DNA from: an uncultured Phycisphaera sp.
Lineage (GTDB): Bacteria > Planctomycetota > Phycisphaerae > UBA1845
Direction: 5' to 3'
NCBI GenBank assembly: GCA_964501365.1
Contig: CAZCST010000009.1
Location: 45,977 to 109,976 of the forward strand
Length of the DNA stretch: 64,000 nucleotides
The translations under genes and the position numbers were made by a program. Below, in pieces: positions 39,037 through 46,665 of the stretch; the stretch's first letter is position 1, and every line of letters starts with the position of its first letter. The notes under the pieces were generated by a model, which was not told where the DNA came from, made no database searches, and saw only the letters and a list, made by a program, of their open reading frames with translations.

Positions 39037-39130
39037 TGCACCCCTTCAGGGTGCAGGTTCTGGTGTATCCGTATTCCGGGGGTATCGCTTCGCTCAACCC
39101 CCGGCTACTTTATTAGACCCCTTCGGGGTC
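39037..39130. repeat. composite GTAG-type REP downstream of mutS
   Basis: tgcacccc/gggtgca hairpin, ccgggggt/acccccgg-ctac hairpin, gacccc-ttcg-gggtc hairpin; same layout as 35831-35927. Confidence 0.8.
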
Positions 39131-39152
39131 AAGAGATTCCATACGAATGGAG

Positions 39153-39240
39153 TTTCAAAGATACAAGGCTCAAGAGTTTAAGAGATCAAGGGTTCAAGAG
39201 TCTAAGAGTTCGAGAGTTCAAGCGTCCAAGGGTTTGGGGG
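39153..39240. repeat. degenerate octamer tandem array (TTCAAGAG consensus, ~10 units) upstream of cmk
   Basis: ctcaagag-tttaagag-atcaaggg-ttcaagag-tctaagag-ttcgagag-ttcaagcg-tccaaggg. Confidence 0.85.
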
Positions 39241-39280
39241 TTCAGGTGACCTGTGGCGGAAAAATCCCTATCATCATTCC

Positions 39281-39937
39281 ATGATCGTGACGATCGACGG
39301 GCCTGCCGGGTCTGGAAAATCGACTGCCGCACGCAAGCTGGCCGCCCGGCTGCAAATCCCCTACCTCGATACTGGGGCCATGTATCGGGCGATCGCCTAC
39401 GAATGTCTGCGGCGCGGCGTGGACCTTGGCAACGCAGGGACTGTCGAGGCGGTGGCGAAGGGGCTCAAGCTGGACATTGATTGCGGGCCCACGCACACCC
39501 GCATCCGCGTGAACGGAAGCGACGTGAGCGAAGCCATTCGCACGATGGAAGTCAGCAGCGCGACTTCACGTATCGCCAAGATGCCCGGCGTTCGCAAACT
39601 CCTCGTCGAGCAGCAGCGGCAGATCGGCGCCAAACTCCAATCCTTTGTTACAGAGGGTCGCGATCAAGGCAGCGTGGTCTTCCCGCAAGCGGACGTGAAG
39701 TTTGTCCTGGAAGCCTCGCTCGAACGGCGGGCCAGACGGCGACTGGAAGAAATGATCGGCGACGGAGAGGCCGTCACCCTGAACGCAGTCCAGGACAACC
39801 TTGCACAGCGCGACGCCGTGGACGCCCGCCAATGGGAGCCTCTGCTTTCGGATCGGGCGGCGATTATTCTCGATACGAGCAGCCTGACGATCCACGAGGT
39901 CGTGGACCGGCTGGTTGAGCACGTCCGAGAGAAGTGA
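39281..39937 (+). CDS. cmk: cytidylate kinase
   Basis: IVTIDGPAGSGKST, YLDTGAMYRA, EGRDQGSVVFP. Confidence 0.95.
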   Translation: MIVTIDGPAGSGKSTAARKLAARLQIPYLDTGAMYRAIAYECLRRGVDLGNAGTVEAVAKGLKLDIDCGPTHTRIRVNGSDVSEAIRTMEVSSATSRIAKMPGVRKLLVEQQRQIGAKLQSFVTEGRDQGSVVFPQADVKFVLEASLERRARRRLEEMIGDGEAVTLNAVQDNLAQRDAVDARQWEPLLSDRAAIILDTSSLTIHEVVDRLVEHVREK

Positions 39938-40027
39938 CGCAACCATTACGCTGGAAAACGCCATTTCGGACTGCAATCATGCGGTGGCAAATGGGTACAA
40001 ATTCCTGGCCGTATGCGTAATCTGCAT

Positions 40028-40055
40028 TTGACGATTGATTCGTAAAGACTAGATT
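40028..40055 (+). promoter_or_regulatory. possible sigma70 promoter of the secretion locus
   Basis: TTGACG - 16 nt - TAGATT. Confidence 0.35.
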
Positions 40056-40107
40056 GAAATCGAGTCGGGTTCCGAGTGTCCGGCCGAGGCAATTTCCGGG
40101 TTCAGCG

Positions 40108-41313
40108 ATGCCCAGTTTCAGCTATAAGGCAGTGGGTCAGGGAGGCAAGCACGTCACCGGCGTGCTGACGGCCGAAAACTATTCGGTCGCGCTGCGCCAA
40201 CTGGATGAGCTATCGCTTTTTCCGGTCCACGTCCGCGAAGGCAACGAACAGGGAACTGTGCCCTTTAGCGGTGGCCGACGACGCAAGGTCAAGAGTTCGC
40301 ACCTCACGACGTTTTACAGCCAGCTGGCCGACCTGCTGAAGGCGGGCGTGCCCATGATGCGCTCGCTGGACGTGCTGGGGAAGCAGTCGTCCACCGGCTC
40401 GCTCATGATGACGGTGCGCGAGCTTCGCGAAGATATTTCCGGCGGTATGGCGCTCGGCGAGGCGATGGCCAAATATCCACATGCGTTTTCACCGTTGCAC
40501 GCCTCCATGGTTCGTGCCGGCGAGCAAGGCGGATTTCTGGAGGATGTACTCACGCGCATCGCGATCTTCTCGGAACGACAGGACGAGCTTCGCAACAAGC
40601 TGCTGGGCGCGATGATTTATCCGATCATCCTGGTGGTGATCGCCACACTGATCCTGGTCATGCTCATGGTGGTTGTGGTTCCCAAGCTCGGAGACCACCT
40701 GCGGCCTGAAACCTTCAACTTCATGACCCACATTGTGTTTGGCGTGAGCCATGCACTGCGAGATCATTACATCGGGATTCTGATCGGCGTTTTCGTCGTG
40801 GTGGCGGCGGTGAGCTCATGGCTCAAGACCGCGGCGGGCAAGCGCATGTGGGACATGTACAAACTCCGGGGTCCGGTCCTGGGCAAGGTCTTCACCATGG
40901 TGGCGATCTGCCGCTTCTGCCGAATTCTCGGAACCATGCTGCACAACGGCGTGCCCATTTTGCAGGCGCTGCGCATTTCCAAGGACTCGGCGGGAAGTGA
41001 GATTCTGGCAGCCACGATTGAAAAGTCGGCAGAGAGCGTCAGGAAAGGGGCCGCGCTTTCGACGCCCCTGGGCGAGTCGGGACTGTTTCCCCAAACGATT
41101 CTCGACATGATCGCCGTCGCCGAAGAGAGCAACAATCTCGAAACGGTGCTGGTGCAGATTGCCGAGACGAACGAAATGCGCACGGCCCGGTCCATCGACC
41201 TGGCGGTGAGAATTCTGGAGCCGGTGTTGCTGTTTTTCATGGCGGGGATTGTGTTCTGCATCGCCGTGGCCTTGCTGCTGCCCATCCTTACAATGGGCAC
41301 AGGGGTACAATAG
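40108..41313 (+). CDS. gspF: type II secretion inner-membrane platform protein GspF/PilC
   Basis: QLADLLKAGVP, MVRAGEQGGFLEDVL.RIA, MIYP, MLHNGVPILQAL, MIAVAEES, RILEP. Confidence 0.95.
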   Translation: MPSFSYKAVGQGGKHVTGVLTAENYSVALRQLDELSLFPVHVREGNEQGTVPFSGGRRRKVKSSHLTTFYSQLADLLKAGVPMMRSLDVLGKQSSTGSLMMTVRELREDISGGMALGEAMAKYPHAFSPLHASMVRAGEQGGFLEDVLTRIAIFSERQDELRNKLLGAMIYPIILVVIATLILVMLMVVVVPKLGDHLRPETFNFMTHIVFGVSHALRDHYIGILIGVFVVVAAVSSWLKTAAGKRMWDMYKLRGPVLGKVFTMVAICRFCRILGTMLHNGVPILQALRISKDSAGSEILAATIEKSAESVRKGAALSTPLGESGLFPQTILDMIAVAEESNNLETVLVQIAETNEMRTARSIDLAVRILEPVLLFFMAGIVFCIAVALLLPILTMGTGVQ

Positions 41314-41315
41314 GA

Positions 41316-41385
41316 TTGAGGAATGGCGGATGCGGAATGATGAATGAATTTTCGATTTGAGAATATCGATTGTCGATTTGAAACG
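41316..41385. repeat. two heptamer arrays between gspF and gspG
   Basis: gaggaat-ggcggat-gcggaat-gatgaat then tttcgat..tatcgat-tgtcgat. Confidence 0.65.
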
Positions 41386-41422
41386 GCGAAACAAACACAG
41401 GATTGAACGCGGGAGAAATGCG

Positions 41423-41887
41423 ATGCAAAGGAAAATGATTCGAAGGCGATCGGGTTTTACATTGATCGAAGTGTTGCTGGTGGCAGGCATTCTGGCCGTA
41501 CTGGCGGCCTTTGCGATCCCCAGCCTGCTTGGAACTGCCAAGAAAACGCAAATCAAGCTGGCAATGGCGGCGATCGGACGCAACGGACCCATCGCAAAGG
41601 GCCTAACGCAATATAAATTCGCCATGGGTAAATATCCGGACACCGACGAGGGCCTGGCGGCGCTTTACAAGCCCAAGGAGTATCACAAGGAAGATGAGCG
41701 CTACGATGGTCCGTACATGGAGGGCACGCTTGAAGAGCTTCGGGACCCCTGGGGTCAACCCTTTGAGTACCGTTCACCGGGCGAAATGAACGAAAGCGAA
41801 TATGACCTTTGGAGCCGCGGCCCGGATCAAAAGGACGACGGCGGCAAGGAAGGCAGTGACGACGTGAAGAACTGGCGGGAGAAATAG
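41423..41887 (+). CDS. gspG: major pseudopilin GspG
   Basis: RRRSG|FTLIEVLLV, GKYP..DEGLAAL, DPWGQPFEYRSPGE..YDLWSRGPD..DD. Confidence 0.95.
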   Translation: MQRKMIRRRSGFTLIEVLLVAGILAVLAAFAIPSLLGTAKKTQIKLAMAAIGRNGPIAKGLTQYKFAMGKYPDTDEGLAALYKPKEYHKEDERYDGPYMEGTLEELRDPWGQPFEYRSPGEMNESEYDLWSRGPDQKDDGGKEGSDDVKNWREK

Positions 41888-41970
41888 AGACTGAAGATAG
41901 AAGTGAGAAGTGAGAAGATAGAAAGAGAGTTCTAAAGTCCGGTTTCAGTTTCCCTTTTCAATCTTCTCAC
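41888..41970. repeat. heptamer-repeat palindrome between gspG and next pseudopilin
   Basis: agaagtg-agaagtg-agaagat-agaaaga arm; tcttctcac right arm. Confidence 0.75.
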
Positions 41971-41997
41971 ATGGGGCTTCGATGGCGCGGGGTGGTC

Positions 41998-42831
41998 ATG
42001 AACAGGAAAACCGTACAGCCCGCTCGCGCATATACGCTGATCGAAATTGTGCTGGTGATCGGACTGCTCCTGCTCATCAGCGCGATCGCATTGCCCAACT
42101 TTTTCAATCAATTTGAGCGCGAACAACTTCCCACGTCGGCCGAGCAGTTGCGGGCACTCATTATTCTGACCCGGGCCAACGCCGCGCTGGACTCCAAGCG
42201 CTATCGCATCCGGTTCCCGCGCAAGGAGGAACTCGACGACCTGGGCACACGTCAGCAGCCCATGGTCGAACGTGAAGACGACCCGATGGAGCGCCCGGAT
42301 GAGTTTCTGCCCGTACGAGCCAGCTGGGCCGTCGGTCAGACGTTGCTGAGTAATGTTCGATGCGCCGAAATCCGCCTCGGGCGACCCTTGATTGTCGACC
42401 TGAAACTGCGGCGAGAATCGGCCACCACGCAACTCGACGAGGCCCTTGAATCGCGCAACCAAAGCGAAAAGTTCGAGCGCGAGCTCCCTCCGATTTACAT
42501 CGAACCCGACGGCACGAGCGACTGGGCGACACTGGTCCTGACTCAGGCAGCGGAGGAAGTGCCGATCAACGAACTGTGGAACCAAAAGGGTATTGATGTC
42601 ATCGTCGATGGGCTCAGCGGGCTGGTCTGGCTCCAGCGCCCCTTCTACGACGAAGAACTTGACTTGTTTGAGGAGAAGAACTGGCCGGCGGTACTCCGCA
42701 AGGATTTCCTTACGCCGAGGAAGCTCACCGAACGCGACATTCTCGAACTGCGCCAGGTTCCTGCGGAAATGCAAGGCAGGAAGACCACGGCCGCCAAGGA
42801 ACTGGAGCAGGAGGAAGGCGCAAAGCCATGA
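41998..42831 (+). CDS. minor pseudopilin, GspH-like position
   Basis: PARA|YTLIEIVLVIGLLLLISAIALP type III signal; position after gspG. Confidence 0.85.
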   Translation: MNRKTVQPARAYTLIEIVLVIGLLLLISAIALPNFFNQFEREQLPTSAEQLRALIILTRANAALDSKRYRIRFPRKEELDDLGTRQQPMVEREDDPMERPDEFLPVRASWAVGQTLLSNVRCAEIRLGRPLIVDLKLRRESATTQLDEALESRNQSEKFERELPPIYIEPDGTSDWATLVLTQAAEEVPINELWNQKGIDVIVDGLSGLVWLQRPFYDEELDLFEEKNWPAVLRKDFLTPRKLTERDILELRQVPAEMQGRKTTAAKELEQEEGAKP

Positions 42832-43631
42832 CTCGAAGTTCAAAGTTCAAAGTTCAAAGTTCAAAAAAGGCACGGGGGGTGTGTTTGCTCCGCGGTGCTT
42901 TTGAATTTCGCACTTTGAACTTTGACGCTCAGGTCCGCAGGGCGTACGTCATGCTGGAGACCGTGATCGCCACCGGCCTGCTCATCATTGGACTGGGCGT
43001 CATCGGCGCGCAGCTTCAGGATTCCAACAAGGCGGTTCATACCATGCGGCTCAAGACGCAGGCTGTCATGCTCGCCGAAACGCAACTCGCCATGATGGAC
43101 CTGGGGCTGGTCGAGCTCGACTCGGTGGACGAGGTTCAGGATGGCGACTTCGGCTCGCGCTATCCGGACTGGGGCTGGCGGCTGATCACTGAGCCGACGG
43201 CCATCGAGGGCTTGTTCCGCATCACCATCCAGGTGCAATACATCTATCGCAACGAACCATATCGCGAAGACTCCTTTGACCATGAGCACGCAGACACTCT
43301 GTTCAGCGCGGTGGCATTTCGTCAGCCTCCCAAGCCGCTTGATCTGGCGACGGATTTTGGATTAAACGAGGAAGAACTGACGGACTTCACCGACAAAGTC
43401 GGAGAGGCCCAGATTCCCTGCTTTGAAGGCGGCGTGTTCGATCCCACTTGCCTTGCCGGAATCGATATTGAGCAGTTGTTCAAAACCCTGCCCGCACTGC
43501 AAAAGCTGGGAATCAACCTCGGCGATCTCGCCTCCATCATCCCTCCGGACTTGTTGAAACAACTCGAGGACAGCGGCCTGATGGACAAGGCGCAGGGGGC
43601 CGCCGACGGACAGACGGAGCCGGAGCAATGA
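42828..43631 (+). CDS. minor pseudopilin, GspI-like, with repeat-derived leader
   Basis: VRRA|YVMLETVIATGLLIIGLGVI; AVMLAETQLA, GDFG.RYPDWGWRL; ATGA overlap with upstream stop. Confidence 0.85.
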   Translation: MTRSSKFKVQSSKKARGVCLLRGAFEFRTLNFDAQVRRAYVMLETVIATGLLIIGLGVIGAQLQDSNKAVHTMRLKTQAVMLAETQLAMMDLGLVELDSVDEVQDGDFGSRYPDWGWRLITEPTAIEGLFRITIQVQYIYRNEPYREDSFDHEHADTLFSAVAFRQPPKPLDLATDFGLNEEELTDFTDKVGEAQIPCFEGGVFDPTCLAGIDIEQLFKTLPALQKLGINLGDLASIIPPDLLKQLEDSGLMDKAQGAADGQTEPEQ

Positions 43632-44617
43632 TGGCCGCGAAACGCCACATCATGACTCGCCGACGGGGGCTTTCGTTGCTGGAAGTCGTGCTTTCGCTGT
43701 CCATCCTCGTGCTGCTGTCGGCGATGACATACTGGTTCTATTCGTCGGCAATTCGCACGCGCGAGCGGGATGTCCAACTGGCCGACAAGATCCGCCTCGC
43801 ACGCGTGCTTCTCGACCGCATGGCCCACGAAATCCGTCAGGCCACCATTCATACCGCTGATGGAGGCGTGGGAATCGACGGCGACAAGGAGAGCATTCGC
43901 ATATCAAGCCTTCGCGTGCCGGGGCGCGAAATCGCGGATACGCGGTTTGAACGCACCGAGGAACCGTCGGCCGAGTATGACCTGGTGACCGTGGAATATC
44001 ACATTGCCCGACACCCGGACGTGCTTGACCCGGAGCAGGGGTATGAATATCCGCTGGGCCTTGCGCGCGTCGAACAGCGTATTCCCCGGCCGGAACAACC
44101 CGGCGTGCCGCCCGCCGACGAACTCATTCAACAGGACGAAACGGGGAAAATCACTCTGAACCAGGCTGCCATGGATTCGATGCTTGGCGGATCCACAACC
44201 GACAAGAAGGAAAACCTGGAGACCGAGGTCAACTGGCAGGAATTGTATTCGCAGGAAATCCGCTATCTGCGATTCTGCTACTATGACGGCAAATCGTGGT
44301 GGGATGACTGGCACATCAACGGCGAAAACCCGCTGCCGCAACTGATCCTGGCCACGATCGGATTCGAGGCTCATCCGCCCTGCGGCGAGGAATTCGGGCA
44401 GGACGAATACAACATCGAGTTTTGCACCTGCCTCAACCGCGATCCGCCCGATTGTCGCCCGCTGCACTCTGACCAGATATCCATGACGATCCGCGTCACC
44501 CACGCCGATCCGCTCTTCCGCTCGCGCGTCTCGCGCGAGGGGCAAAACATGGCCGAACAGGCGGCTTCGGGCAAGGACAAAGAATCCGACAAGAGCGGCA
44601 CCGGGAGCGGAAAATGA
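43628..44617 (+). CDS. minor pseudopilin, GspJ-like
   Basis: RRRG|LSLLEVVLSLSILVLL; C-terminal YLRFCYYDGKSWWDDW..LPQ typical of GspJ. Confidence 0.85.
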   Translation: MMAAKRHIMTRRRGLSLLEVVLSLSILVLLSAMTYWFYSSAIRTRERDVQLADKIRLARVLLDRMAHEIRQATIHTADGGVGIDGDKESIRISSLRVPGREIADTRFERTEEPSAEYDLVTVEYHIARHPDVLDPEQGYEYPLGLARVEQRIPRPEQPGVPPADELIQQDETGKITLNQAAMDSMLGGSTTDKKENLETEVNWQELYSQEIRYLRFCYYDGKSWWDDWHINGENPLPQLILATIGFEAHPPCGEEFGQDEYNIEFCTCLNRDPPDCRPLHSDQISMTIRVTHADPLFRSRVSREGQNMAEQAASGKDKESDKSGTGSGK

Positions 44618-46665
44618 GAGAAGTTCAAGAACTGCGACAAGACCAGCGCCGCGGCGTCATTCTGCCGGTGGTGCTGTTTGTGCTGGTGCTGATCGGGCTG
44701 CTGGCGGCGATGTATTCATTCCGCGTGAACTCCGATCTTTCCGCCACGCAGGCCGTGGCGATGCGGATGCAGACGCGACTGGCCGCCGAAGCCGGTATTG
44801 AATATGTCCGCATGGTGCTGCGAACCTCGCGGTTCGACCGGAATGTCTGGTACAACAATCCCGACATTTTCAACCGCATCATTGTCACCGCCCACGGCCA
44901 CGATGCGAAGACCGCCGGCACCAATCAGGAATTTGATGACAACAGCGTGTTCCGCTTCAGCATCGTGGCCGACGATCCCACCGACGACAAGGATTACGTC
45001 CGCTTCGGCATCACCGACGAGGCATCGAAGCTGAATCTGAACGCGGCCACCGAAGCCCAGCTGCTCACGCTGGTGACGGCGGCGCTGGGCGAGAATACGG
45101 AAGTCGAGCCCCAGCAAATCGTGGATGCGATTCTCGACTGGCGGGACGATGACACGCTACCACGAGGGGAGGCCGGAGACACCGAACGCACCTATTACAG
45201 TGCGTTACCCAAGCCATACCGGGTGAAGAACGGTCCCTTCGATACCGTGGAGGAGCTGCTCCTGGTGAAGGGCGTCACGCCGGCGATCTTGTATGGAGAG
45301 GATTTTGATCGCAATGGCCTGCTTACTCAAAACGAAAAGGACGGCGATCGATCCTTCCCGGACGACAATCAGGACGACGTACTCAATCGCGGCCTGTATG
45401 CGTACCTCACTGTATTGTCAAAGGAAAACAACGTCGCAAATGACAACCGTCCGCGCATCTATCTCGCCGGCGAAGAAGCAGCTACGCGAACTGGATTGAC
45501 GGCCATCTTTCCCGACGAGCCAAACGTTGTGGATTACATCTTACAAAACGCAAAAGCGCCATCGGGCCAGGGCGGCGACGGCGGCACAGGCCACGGCGGA
45601 AAACAAGGCCAGCAAGGTCAAGGCAGCCAAGGCGGACAGCAGGATCAGCCTGGCCATGGAGGCCAACCTGGCGGGCAACAGGGCGATGTGGGATCGCAAA
45701 CCGGACAGCAAGGTAACCCGGGAGGCCTGCAGGGCGGCACACAACCAACTGGAGGTCAAGGCGGCGCATCCGGTGGGAGCGGAGCAGGCAGCGGCTCGAA
45801 GCCGGGAAAACCAAAGGGCACAAACAAAGACAAGCAACCGCCGACAGGCGGTACGACCCCGCCGCAGGGTCAGGGCGGCTCACGCGGGCAGGCCGGAACC
45901 AAAAACCCACGAGGTTCCTCGCCTCCGCAAGGCGGTTTGCAAGGCGGAGAGCCGCAACAAGGGGGACAAGGACAAGAATCGGGACAGCCCACAGATGCAG
46001 GCCAGCCACAAGGTCAGCAGCAAGGATCACAGCCACAGCAACAGGGAGCAGGCGATGAGAATCAAGGCCCCAAGACCTCTCCCGACGGGGACGACGGCGG
46101 AGGAGCCGGTGACGGCGGCAGCGGGCAACCATCCGGCAATCCTCCGATCACCAGCCCGGCCTCGCTGATGCTTCCCCGAAAGGATGCGCAGGGAAATCCG
46201 ACGGCCAGCGCACTAACCCTTGAGCATTTGGCGGTCCTCATGGATAAGACCACCATGCACAAGCCCGAGGAGCGCACGATACCGGGCCTGATCAATGTCA
46301 ATACGGCCCCACCGGCGGTTCTCGCGTGCCTTGAAGGCATCGGGGAAGAGCACATTCAGAAAATCATGGCCAAGCGCGACACGCTTGACGCTGCAACGCT
46401 GTCGACCACGGCCTGGCTGGTGACCGAGAACGTGATGGACCTGGTGACCTATGAAAAATTGGCGCCCTCCATTACGGCGAGGGGGCAACAGTTTACAATT
46501 GAGTCGGTGGGGTACGCCGACTATATGGGGATGGTGACCCGGCTGCAGGTGGTGGTGGATATGAACGGACCGATCGCCCAGACCGTTTACTACCGTGATA
46601 TCAGCAATCTGGGCGGAACCTACCCCATTCGGGAATCGGACAAGGAAAAAATTCGTGGCCACTAA
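44614..46665 (+). CDS. gspK: GspK-like pseudopilin with large Gly/Gln-rich insertion
   Basis: QRRG|VILPVVL (no E5), DEASKLNLN, DAILDWRD, NGPFDTVEELLLVKGV, INVNTAP. Confidence 0.9.
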   Translation: MREVQELRQDQRRGVILPVVLFVLVLIGLLAAMYSFRVNSDLSATQAVAMRMQTRLAAEAGIEYVRMVLRTSRFDRNVWYNNPDIFNRIIVTAHGHDAKTAGTNQEFDDNSVFRFSIVADDPTDDKDYVRFGITDEASKLNLNAATEAQLLTLVTAALGENTEVEPQQIVDAILDWRDDDTLPRGEAGDTERTYYSALPKPYRVKNGPFDTVEELLLVKGVTPAILYGEDFDRNGLLTQNEKDGDRSFPDDNQDDVLNRGLYAYLTVLSKENNVANDNRPRIYLAGEEAATRTGLTAIFPDEPNVVDYILQNAKAPSGQGGDGGTGHGGKQGQQGQGSQGGQQDQPGHGGQPGGQQGDVGSQTGQQGNPGGLQGGTQPTGGQGGASGGSGAGSGSKPGKPKGTNKDKQPPTGGTTPPQGQGGSRGQAGTKNPRGSSPPQGGLQGGEPQQGGQGQESGQPTDAGQPQGQQQGSQPQQQGAGDENQGPKTSPDGDDGGGAGDGGSGQPSGNPPITSPASLMLPRKDAQGNPTASALTLEHLAVLMDKTTMHKPEERTIPGLINVNTAPPAVLACLEGIGEEHIQKIMAKRDTLDAATLSTTAWLVTENVMDLVTYEKLAPSITARGQQFTIESVGYADYMGMVTRLQVVVDMNGPIAQTVYYRDISNLGGTYPIRESDKEKIRGH

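Noticed and set aside
39153-39240. Octamer array or REP clusters as a CRISPR array
   Set aside because: There are no 23-47-nt identical repeats with unique spacers, and no cas genes.
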